A stretch of 63,252 bases of DNA, the filler included, from Octopus bimaculoides (lineage: Eukaryota): the NCBI RefSeq assembly GCF_001194135.2. It is 6 parts of 4 records of this genome, joined end to end, with 100 filler letters (N's around TTAATTAATTAA, not from the genome) between each part and the next. Parts side by side here need not be neighbours in the genome. Positions count along the whole stretch, not along the records: positions 44,569 to 63,252 come from NC_068983.1; 5 more parts are not named here. One strand, written 5' to 3'. The translations under genes were made by a program, and so were the position numbers. Shown here piece by piece: positions 52,471 to 63,252 of the stretch. The notes under the pieces were generated by a model. The model was not told the DNA's origin and did not search any database. It saw only the letters and a program-made list of their open reading frames with translations. Positions within the stretch are counted from its first letter, which is position 1. The number at the start of each line of letters is the position of its first letter.

Positions 52471-52750
52471 TGCTGTTGTTGTTGCTGTTAAAAGAAGAAG
52501 AAGAAGAAGAAGAAGAAGAAGAAGAAGAAGAAGAAGAAGAAGATGATGACGATGATGATGATGATGATGATGAATTACAACAACAACAACAATAACAGCG
52601 ACAACAACGTGATCGGAGAGACAGGGTAAGGAGTAGGTAGAGGGTTTAATCAAAGCGTTATTTCTCTCTGACTGTGGGGTTTGCATTCGCACGGTTTCAC
52701 ACCTACGCCTAGTATGTCGACTACTCAATACACACGTACACGCATGCAAC

Positions 52751-52788
<38 letters not shown>

Positions 52789-53438
52789 TACATGCATACG
52801 TAGACACACAGACATACGTACGTACATAGGCACATACATGCATACATTCGTACGTGCATATATACTTACACGATTATATGTGACACAAAGACAACTGTGA
52901 AAACACGCCGACATTCACACCTAATCCAGCGCTCGTACTTATTCAGACACACACACACACACGCATACACACACACACACACACACACACATACACTCAA
53001 TCACAGTGATACACACGGTGAGGCACATAGTGACGCCCACACTGGCGTGCAGACATGACACTTTTATTTTACGCTATGGCACGCATCTAATCACATACAT
53101 GAGGTACAACACGACGAAACCTTTACCACAAACATGCGTGCACGTATCTATACCCATCGTTTATATAATCTTTCCCGTTTTACGCGTATTCCTTTGCCCC
53201 TATGCACACCTTACTGTCTTCAGCTTAAGCACGGTATCTCGATATGCTAGAAATTGCAGCGATTCCTTCTTAGAATGAAACACCACTGAAGGTTTTTTTT
53301 TAAACACAGTAGGACGAATCGAATAATGGATTGATTCAGGAGAGCGTATTTCTGGAGAAAAAAATGGCATAACTTTCGAATATAGTTTGATTGGATAAGG
53401 GTTAAAGAACATCAAAGGAGCTCTAGATATTAAAACAA

Positions 53439-54130
53439 GATTTGCCCTAATAATCCTTTCTACTATAGGCACAAGGCCTCAAATTTGGTGGAAAGGAACT
53501 AGTCGTTTACATCGATCCCATTGCGCAACCGGTATTTATTTCTTCGGCGCCGAAAAGATGAAAGGCAAAGTCGACCATAGCGGAATTTTAATTCAGAACG
53601 CGAAAACGGACGAAATACCGCTAAGCATTTCGTCCGGCGTGCTAACGATTCTACCAGCTCGCCACCTTAGATTTGCCCTAATAATCTTTTCTACTCTAGA
53701 CACAAGGCCCGAATTTTTGGCGGAGCGGGCCAGTCGATTAGATCGACTCCACTATGCAACTGGTATTTAATTTATCGACTCCGAAAGGATGAAAGGCAAA
53801 GTCGAACTCGGCGGAATTTGAACTCAGAACGTAAAGACAGACGAAATACCACTAAGTATTTCGCCCAGCGTGCTAACGTTTCTTATTTCTTTATTGCCCA
53901 CAAGGGGCTAAACATAGAGGGGACAAACAAGGACGGACAAAGAGATTAAGTCGATTGCATCGGCCCCAGTGCGTACCTGGTACCTATTATCGACCCCGAA
54001 AGGATGAAAGGCAAAGTCGACCTCGGCGGAATTTGAACTCAGAACGTAACGGCAGACGAAATACCGCTAAGCATTTCGCCCGGCGTGCTAACGTTTCTGC
54101 CAACTCGCCACCTTGATTTGCCCTAATAAT
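53439..54130 (-). mobile_element. Three tandem SINE family A units bounded by three copies of GATTTGCCCTAATAAT
   Basis: Motif at 53439-53454, 53670-53685 and 54115-54130; SINE bodies at about 53455-53669, 53686-53882 and 53883-54114. Confidence 0.9.
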
Positions 54131-55239
54131 AATACATCCTCTTGTCAACACACGCGTGCACGCACGCACACACACATACACACATATATACACACACATA
54201 TACATTTATACCCTTATACACTTGCACAGATACTCATCCATTCATTTGGTGGTCTCAGAACCTCATAACCCCTTTCCTATGCTCAGAATCCAGGTTTCTG
54301 GTAAGATGATACTTTCCGCCATTCTCCCCACTATTTTCTAGGTGCGCCTGAAACAGTAAAACGTCATGAACACAATTCTTTCTTTTATGACTAAATAGAG
54401 AGGTGGGGAACCAAAAGTAAAACTTTGTTCAGTATCAAAAGCTGCGGCATAGTTATTCTTAATTGAGCATCAGATCAGTCTTGACTGAGCAGAACTACAA
54501 TGGCAAGCTTTTCAACCGTGACAATAGAGGGTTTTTGTTGCTGTTGTTGTTTTCATGCATTGTTCACATAAAAATACTTTATCGATTATATCCATTTTTT
54601 AAAAAGTATTGTTGGTTGTGTCTAACGGAGATTTGTTATTTGAACCAAGTCGAGTAGTTACTTACAGGTTCACGAATATTGCTAATGTTGTGGTGCTGTT
54701 TAGCCTCAGTTCAACTCCGGTTAAATACACCTATGAGCAAAAACATTCCTACCATGCACGTCCAAATTTTCTCATATCTCAAGGTCAGTATTATCCTATG
54801 TAGTCTTAATTTTTTCTTAGAGATGCGATGTAATATATAGTTCGGTACCGTTTCTAGCAAGTTGACTTATAACATACAGGTTCCATCGAAGTTGTTAGTG
54901 TTTTATGGCTACTTTGCCACAGGACATACCTAACTGAACTGACTGATGAACAAAAATGCTCCAACAACAGCCATTGTGTATATTAGAACCACGCTATCAA
55001 ACGTATTCACTTTTAAGACAGCAAGATATGAACTGAGGGAGATTTAGTTACTATTGTTATTTTTCATCTGATATTTACGTTTTGACTGTTTGGGTGTTTT
55101 CGGATTGCTTTTCTGTTCCTGTTGCCCTTTGAGGAAGAGGTTCTTATAATTAATTTCCTAAAATTGCCCCGGGGAAGTTAAAATTTTGAGATGCACAACA
55201 TGAGAAAATTTTTGACGGAGAGGTATTCATTCATTCTTT

Positions 55240-55434
55240 TAGTCTTTTATTTGTTTCAGTCATTTGACTGCGGCCATGCTGGAGCACCGCCTTAAAGAGT
55301 TTTAGTCGAACAAATCGACCCCAGGACTTATTCTTTGTAAGCCTAGTACTTATTCTACAGGTCCCTTTTGCCGAACCGCTAAGTTACGGGGACGTTAACA
55401 CACCAACATCGATTGTCAAGCGAGGGACACACAA

Positions 55435-55470
<36 letters not shown>

Positions 55471-55692
55471 NNNNNNNNNNNNNNNNNNNNNNNNNNNNNN
55501 NNNNNNNNNNNNNNNNNNNNNNNNNNNNNNNNNGCTTCTTTCAGTTTCCGTCTACCAAATCCACTCACAAGGCTTTACTCGGCGCGTGGCCATAGTAGAA
55601 GACACTTACCAAGGTGCCACGCAGTGGGACTGAACTCGGAATCATGTGGTTGGGAAGGAAGCTTCTTACCACACAGCCACACCTGTGCCTAT
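55240..55692 (-). mobile_element. CORE-type SINE (family B), full length, with internal (CA)n and gap
   Basis: CATTTGACTGCGGCCATGCTGGAGCACCGCC...GCTTCTTTCAGTTTCCGTCTACCAAATCCACTCACAAGGC...CCAAGGTGCCACGCAGTGGGACTGAAC. Confidence 0.9.
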
Positions 55693-56609
55693 ATTACAAA
55701 ATGGTTATAATATATTTACTCAGATATAGTATTTTAATGTCTACATTGCCAGATTTGCTTACATCACTGAAAAACATTTTTGCTAAATAGTTTGACCTGA
55801 AATGCCATTATAATTTACACACTTTCATTTTTGTTCCAAACGAGGTAAAAGAAGGCATTACACTTTTTAGATAAATAAATACATACAACGAACGCACAGA
55901 TATACATACACACATACCAACAAACACACACATATGTATATGAATTTTCATGCACACAAACATCCTACGTACGTGTCGATTATAACTTGTAACAAATCTA
56001 AAAGAATTGAACATACATTGGCATTTCATAGACTATCATACTAAAATAGCAATTTTCAAATCTAATTTCTTCGAGTTTCCGCCATTTTGTCTTAAGACCT
56101 GTATTATATTTGTATTTTTTCTACAGACGTTTACCAATAGACACGAAATAAATTTTTGCGTATCTCTTCAGCTGATGGTTCAGATAATATATTTATTTCT
56201 AACCAATGAAAAGAGGCTTGTATGTATCTACTAGTTAGGAAATATCCAATCATGTCGCCTCTGTGTGACAAAAGTTATTGCAAAGAGTTGAATTTCTCAG
56301 CAAAACTTTACAGTAACTTTCTTGTAAAATTAAATTGAAGGATTGACGAGTTAGGTAAGCTGGGTTTTATTTTCAATGTTGTTTTATCTATTTGTTCATT
56401 GACCACCACAGATTTTGCAGATATATCTAAAATGTTGATACGCTAACATTGCGAAATATCAAGCAGACATATAAATGATTAGGGTTAGTTGTGTGGTTAA
56501 GAAGCTTCTTCCCAAACATGTGGTCGTTCGTTCAGTCTCACCGTGCAGCTCTTTTGGCAAATCAAATATCTCCTACAAATGAAATATCTCGTCGTATATA
56601 TATATTTTT

Positions 56610-56805
56610 TCACTTCTTTTAGACATTTGATTGCGGACATGCTAGAACACCACCTTTAGCCGAACAAATCGACTCAAGGACATATTTTTTGTAAACCTAG
56701 TACTTATTCTGTCGGTCTCGTTTGCAGAACCGCGAAGTTACGTAGACCTAAACACACCAACACCGGGTGTCAAGCGATGGAGGGAAGACAAACACAGACA
56801 GACAG

Positions 56806-56867
<62 letters not shown>

Positions 56868-57060
56868 GACGGGCTTCTTTCAGTTTCCGTCTAGCAAATC
56901 CACTCACAAGACTTTGGCTGTCCTGAGTCTATAGCAGAAAACATTTGTCCAAAGTGCCACGCAGTGGGTCTGAACCTTGGACCATGTGGTTGGAAAACAA
57001 GCTTCTTACCACAAAGCTACTCCACCGCCTATATCCACACAGCCACTCCTGCGCCCATAT
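56610..57060 (-). mobile_element. CORE-type SINE (family B), full length, with internal (CA)n(TA)n
   Basis: Same blocks as 55240-55692. Confidence 0.9.
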
Positions 57061-57202
57061 ATATATATATATATATATANNNNNNNNNNNNNNNNNNNNN
57101 NNNNNNNNNNNNNNNNNNNNNNNNNNNNNNNNNNNNNNNNNNNNNNNNNNNNNNNNNNNNNNNNNNNNNNNNNNNNNNNNNNNNNNNNNNNNTATATATA
57201 GG

Positions 57203-57237
<35 letters not shown>

Positions 57238-57238
<1 letters not shown>

Positions 57239-57587
57239 ATAACGAAGGCGGCTATAAGAATATAAAACCAAAAAGGAAGACTTCAATTATCATTAATTGT
57301 AACTGACGGTGCAGAGTAGCAACTACATCGCTAGAAATAAGAGTTAAAACCCTCTTAGCCGCAAAGAAGCACATACCTATTTACTGACAGGGGAGCTAAC
57401 CGCCCTGCAGCGAGCGAGATCACCATACTAAAATTCTAGTTTAACTTGAAATTAAAGTTCTTCAGTGCTGACTACTCTATCAGTGAATAGTTTTCCCAAA
57501 TCTCAACTGCCAGTATATAATATATGATATGAATCAATGGCTGATTCAACAAATTGGGTTGTGAAAATTATAAAATAACGAAGGCGG
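57238..57587 (-). mobile_element. 336-bp unit with terminal direct repeat and internal decayed hammerhead (retrozyme/pLTR-like)
   Basis: AATAACGAAGGCGG at 57238-57251 and 57574-57587; minus-strand hammerhead-like motif inside. Confidence 0.45.
57420..57471 (-). ncRNA. Decayed type I hammerhead motif (G12U)
   Basis: Minus strand: TCAGCA-CTGAAGA-ACTT-TAATTTC-AAGT-TAAA-CTAGAATTTTAGT-A-TGGTGA. All three stems can be drawn and the triplet is GUA, but GAAA reads TAAA and stem I has one mismatch. Confidence 0.5.
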
Positions 57588-57718
57588 TTATATATGTATA
57601 TATACTTGAATTTTTTTGTGTTTCAATAATTTTTGGTTGCTTTTATTCACTCTCGAAATTGATGGACATATAGTGGTAAGCAAGCCGACACAACAAATCT
57701 CTAGTGCGACTTTTTTAC

Positions 57719-57770
57719 TGATGTACTCGAAGAGACCCAGAACGACGGGTCGAAACATGTGTCGTACTCA
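57719..57770 (+). ncRNA. Decayed minimal type I hammerhead motif
   Basis: TGA(T)GTAC-TCGAAGA-GACCC-AGAACGAC-GGGTC-GAAA-CATGT-GTC-GTACTCA: perfect 5-bp stem II, GAAAC...GUC site and stem I; the core start reads UC instead of CU. Confidence 0.6.
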
Positions 57771-57824
57771 ATAGTCTAATACACATTCCATCCTCTATTT
57801 TGTTAATACTATTATATATATTCT

Positions 57825-58211
57825 TTTACTAGTTTCAGTCATTTGACTGCGGCCATGCTAGAGCACCGCCTTTAGTAAGGAAATCGACGCCAGGAGTTAT
57901 TCTTTGTAAGCCTACTACTTATTCTATCGGCCATTTTTGCCAAATTGCTGTATTACGGGGACGTAAACACACAAGAATCGGTTGTCAGGCAATGTTGGAG
58001 GGACAAACAGACACACGCACGCGCACACACACACACACNNNNNNNNNNNNNNNNNNNNNNNNNNNNNNNNNNNNNNNNNNNNNNNNNNNNNNNNNNNNNN
58101 NNNNNNNNNNNNNNNNNNNNNNNNNNNNNNNNNNNNNNNNNNNNNNNNNNNNNNNNNNNNNNNNNNNNNNNNNNNNNNNNNNNNNNNNNNNNNNNNNNNN
58201 NNNNNNNNNNN

Positions 58212-58263
<52 letters not shown>

Positions 58264-58460
58264 TGTGTGTGTCTGTGTTTGTCCCCAACCAACGCTTGAC
58301 CACCGATGCTGGTGTGTTTACGTCTACCGTAACTTAACGAATCGGCAAAAGAACCAATAGAATAAGTACTACGCTTACAAATAAGTCCTGGGGTCAGTTT
58401 GTTCGACTAAAGGAGGTGCTCCAGCATAGCCGCAGTCATATGACTAAAACAAGCATAAGA
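57825..58460. mobile_element. Two family B SINE 3' halves in inverted orientation joined through (CA)n-gap-(TA)n
   Basis: 57825-58018 is a minus copy and 58261-58460 a plus copy. Confidence 0.8.
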
Positions 58461-58549
58461 ATATAGGAGTAAATTTTATCTGCGAAGAAATACATGAATT
58501 TGCCCTGTTTGTATATCTTCTACACAGGTTATGTATATTCTTTTCTTTT

Positions 58550-58660
58550 TTACTCTAGGCACAAGGCCCGAAATTTGGGGTGTGGGGGCCAGTCGATTAG
58601 ATCGACCCCAGTACGCAACTGGTACTTATTTTATCGACCCCGAAAGGATGAAAGGCAAAG
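58550..58660 (-). mobile_element. SINE family A, 3' fragment
   Basis: CTAGGCACAAGGCCCGAAATTT...CGACCCCGAAAGGATGAAAGGCAAAG. Confidence 0.85.
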
Positions 58661-59799
58661 TAGTAGCTCCTGTTCATTGTAGCTGGATGCCTATTTTTCT
58701 GGAGTCAATAGTTAAATTTACTCTGTATATCTGTAAGTAGGTTACGCATATACATGTGTGTATGTGTGTATGTGTGTGTGCGTGTGTGTATGTTTGTGTG
58801 TGTGTGTGTGTGTGTGTGTTTGTCTCTGTGTGTGTGTGTGTGTGTGTGAGTGTGTGTGTATTAATTCGAATGTGTCTATTTATTTCTCATTCAATACTGT
58901 TTGAAAACCGACAGTCGTTTATTTATACACCGGTAAATTAGTGGTTCGGCAAAGAGATCGATAGATTAAGTACCTGGCTTAAAAAGTAATTAATAGGATC
59001 GTTTTGTTCGACTGAACCCTTCAAAGAATGGTCGTAGTCTAATTACCGAAACCCCAGCATCGCCGTAGTCTAATGACCGAAACAAGTAAACGACAAAGGA
59101 TTGACGTAAGGTCTCAAATTTAGGAGAAGGATTAATCGATTAAATTGGCTCCCATACTTGACTGGTACTGAAGTTTTTCTACCGGGAAAGGATGAAAACT
59201 TAAGTTTACCTTGGCCGCTTTTGAACTAAGTCCAGCCAAAATCCAGGAAAATAGACGTGATAATAACTAGTAATTAACAGAGAAGCTGCTTCACGAGTCA
59301 ACAAAAAATAACTCTCAAACCTCTCTCAGATTGCTCCCTAGTAAAAAGAAACAAAGACTAGAGATGCGTGTAGATACAGTTTATTTCAAGTTAAAATCAT
59401 TTCACTTATGCTGTTAAAACTTTACGGAAAGGAAGGAACGTCACAACTCTAATTCCTGTGATCAATATATATTGGATATTATAAGGTGGAAAACTGACAA
59501 AATCTTTCGCGCCGGGCAAAGTCCTTTGTAGTATTTCGTCTGTCTTCACGTTCTGAGTTCTGACTTACCCCTTCCTTTAAATTGCTGGCCTTGTGCCAAA
59601 ATTTGAAACCAATATAATATTGAGTTCTATGCTTGACTGAAACAAATCAATATTATATACATGTTTCTAGATATATGGTTAGCTGTAGTAGAATACGGAT
59701 ATATCAATGACATTGAGCAGAAATTTTAATTATGGATTGTTGTGCTAGTCAGTTAATTTGTTTAAGCATAGTATTTCGCGATTGCTAGATATTCTTTCC

Positions 59800-59897
59800 T
59801 ACTCTAGGTACAAGGCCCGAAATTTTGGTGGAGGGGGCCAGTCGATTAGATCGACCCCAGTACGCAACTGGTACTTAATTTATCGACCCTGAAAGGG
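59800..59897 (-). mobile_element. SINE family A, 3' fragment
   Basis: CTACTCTAGGTACAAGGCCCGAAATTTT...GTCGATTAGATCGACCCCAGTACGCAACTGG. Confidence 0.85.
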
Positions 59898-61254
59898 TTC
59901 CTAGATATTGAATCAGAAAAGGAGATGTATCTGATCGTTGTTCTCTCCAGATTAAGAGAAAAAAGAAAGAGCCAAATTTTCATTGAACCACCCCACATCA
60001 TCTTTAAAAAGAGAGAGAGGGGAAGAACACATTTGCCACTGTATTCCTTGATGTACACGATAATCTCGACTGGAACGCCCCTGTTAGTAGTATATGATTT
60101 AAGAGAGATTTGGTCGCTGTTTCTAGCAGATCAAGCGACTGCATAGATTCCCTTTATAAATGCTTTCTTTCTGTATTTGCTACCTTTGGAAAATTGCTTC
60201 ACATTCGTTGAGATTTGATTGACAAAACGTCGTCTATTCATGGTACATCTAATGAAAACCTACACTGATATGCCCTGCCTTTATTTCTTATTGGTAAACA
60301 AAAATGTTTTTCAGGTTTATTTCTCTATCATGGGGCATTTTCCTGCAAATAAAAACATGATCTAAGAACTGGCACTTTGCTCTACTTTCTTATCGTTATG
60401 TATCTGTCCTGCAGCTTTCAAGACAAGAAATCATAAACATTGTTATGGCTGTCCCTACTGATCAGTTCCAAGTTGGCCTTGAACAAATGCACATTCGACT
60501 GAAATGAAAATTCATAACAAATATAAAAAAATCACGTAGATGTGGCTGGCACATAAATCTTTATTGCACTTGTAGATCTTGGAAATTAACAAAAAGTCTC
60601 CGAGATATTTATTTTGCATTTAAGGATAAATTATAATGTAATATTTTGCCTGTATTTCGTAAAATATAATGAATATATTTCTCAGAAAAATATCTTCACT
60701 AGGGAACAACTTTTCCTACATATGAAGATGTCCCCTAAGAGCTGGTGCTTGACTTCGTTTTCTCAAGGTTATATAGATGAAAGCTAAATCCCTCCCTGGG
60801 TAGGACGTTATTCTATTTCTGTTAACAATCCAAAACTATCTGCTGCCTATTTTCGATAACTAGGTGAACTGGGGCGTGTAAAAATAAGTGTACCACTTAA
60901 ATACACAAAGAAACGCCTGCAGTGGATTTAATCTCAAGAATTATGAGTTGGTAATCCAATATCACGTTACACAGACGTTTCGGTTTTAATATATCTCCCA
61001 GGGACTTTAGAGCGCATTTTTTAAATAATCTCAAACCTCATAGAAAGTTAATATTATGAGGTTAACTGCTAAATGTATGCATTATGTTTTCCATATAAAT
61101 GTGATCTTGTTAATATTTTATACCACATTGAGGTAACTTTGATGCTTCTTTACTTTTACTTTATACACCTGTCGTAAGAACTCATTCAGTGCCATCATTT
61201 GTTTCTGGGTTTGCGCACCCATACACACATACAGACGGACACTCACACGCACAC

Positions 61255-61295
<41 letters not shown>

Positions 61296-61965
61296 TATGC
61301 ATGTATATATATATATATACATATATATATATGTGTGTGTGTGTGTTTTGAATTGTTGCTGGTGTTATTTTGGGGATAGTTATCGTGGATATTGTAATTA
61401 TTGCTCTGTTGGTTGGTAGTATAATTCAAGTTACAAACTTCGTCTTTGGGTTGGTTATATGAGTTATGGTTGATGTCGGGGAAGTTATCTTGAGTGCTGA
61501 TTAATCCTCGCGTCAGTTTACGGTTGTTAATCCTATGAATATGGTACTCTGATTTTGATGAATTTGCATAGGATAGTTTTATAGTGTAACGGTTGAATAT
61601 TTTTGCTGTACACTCCATTTTTAGGGTAGCGGCAATCAAGTGCGGTGAAAATAGATGAGATGTTGGACTTCCAGATTGGGTTTATACCAAAGGACGTCAT
61701 AAAATTTAATTCCTACATATGTTTCAAAATATATGTGCACTCTACTCCAGAGAAGTAAGAGGTACTGGAATTGCACATATATTCATCGTCAGGGAACCAA
61801 CATACAAAAGCAAGACTTATATATATAAAATGGGCTTCGGTCTCCTAAATTCACTCACAATGTTATAGCAGGAGACATTTATACAAGTGGCTGCACAGCG
61901 GCAGTGAACCTGAAACGAATGGCTGCAAAGTGAGCTTCTTAATCCCACAACCATGCCTTGTGTAT

Positions 61966-62075
<110 letters not shown>

Positions 62076-63217
62076 ACAAACGTAGACTCGTAGTTCTCTT
62101 TGCAACCATGAAATCCCCGATTACGATCTGTACCCAGTATCTTAGCCATGTCTTTCACCCTGACCCTTCGGTCGACCCCAGGCCTTCTCGAGGAAACTAG
62201 ACGATGACTGTGTAGAAGAGTCAGATGGTCTGTGTACATAATTCGAAGATGCAAACCTTGTAACAATTCGCAATGCTACTTGCGTGTTCGTGCGATCAAA
62301 AAGGTGATCGAACTACTTGACGTAATTTTCGACCGGAAATTGCATCGCGTGTACAATTATACACACAGTATATATACATATGCATTTGTCACTCTGTTTT
62401 TGAGAAGGGACTTTCACCGGGACTTGTTGCTTGACCGAAAATCTATAAACCTGCATACATTATTGGTGAGTTTATTTATTACGTAAGCTATAACGTTCTT
62501 GAAACAGCTGCCGAGATAAGACATTACGTAACTATCGTTTTCTGCCTTCTTTTTGCTTTATTCTGTAATCCGTATTTTATGCTTAATGTACATATATGTC
62601 GCAAACCTCACATTGTTTACTTTACTACATATATGTATGTTATCAATCAGTTACATTTCTGTATTTCTTGTCAATAGAGAAGGAGCCGGACTCTAACATA
62701 GATTCAAGGCTCCTTCATTGGAACTTTTATCAACATCATCTAGGTATTTGTGCATATGTGCGTGTGTGTGCAGTGTTTGGTGTTAGTGTATGCGCAGATT
62801 TGTATGTTTGTTTTATGGATGCGTTTTTATGTATATATTTTCATGTATGTATGTATGTATGTATGTATTATGTGGGTGCGTTTTTGCGTATGGTGTGTGC
62901 GTGTAGTGTGTGTGTGTGCGTTTGTGTGTGGTGTGTTCGTGTGTGTGGGTGCATGTATTTATGTACATGTAGATCTATTAGTCCATCGCGCGCTTGTGTG
63001 TATGTGTGAGTGTGTACGCAGGCCTGTGTGTATCAATTCGAGTGTGTCTCGAGTACTTGTTTAGAACTAGTAATAATGTAACAAGAACTGAATTTCTTAA
63101 CCACGCACCCATATCTATGTTAGGCGCGCACACGCACACATTCACTAGTCACAAACATATATTCATGTGTTTCTGTATGAATGTGTGTACATGTATGTAT
63201 ACCTCCCTCTCTCTTTC

Positions 63218-63252
<35 letters not shown>

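Noticed and set aside
53439-54130. Repeat-spacer-repeat pattern resembling CRISPR
   Set aside because: The spacers are 200-430-bp SINEs in a eukaryotic context, with no cas genes.
61118-61639. 173-aa N-rich ORF
   Set aside because: Half is microsatellite; the rest is low complexity with no recognisable motif.

Overview
AT-rich, microsatellite-saturated eukaryotic DNA with many N gaps. The SINE families suggest an octopus genome (inference from recalled repeat sequences, not a database search). I find no intact protein-coding gene, rRNA, tRNA or CRISPR array; almost all listed ORFs are microsatellite or N-run artefacts. The interpretable content is transposon-derived: dozens of tRNA-derived SINE copies of at least three families, decayed Tx1/L1-, RTE- and R4/Dong-like LINE fragments, a deleted mariner, a hAT-type MITE and a probable Helitron 3' end. 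Five 100-bp spacers (N44-TTAATTAATTAA-N44) are artificial joins, so adjacency across them is unproven. The strongest discovery candidate is a near-perfect type I hammerhead ribozyme at 164-208, with a non-canonical U4C core and a long extended stem I, inside a 345-bp directly repeated non-coding unit. This is the architecture of a non-LTR retrozyme or Penelope pseudo-LTR. Further unrelated, decayed hammerhead-like motifs occur at 41.4 kb, at 57.4 kb (inside a 336-bp directly repeated unit) and at 57.7 kb. SINE and decayed-element boundaries are approximate.
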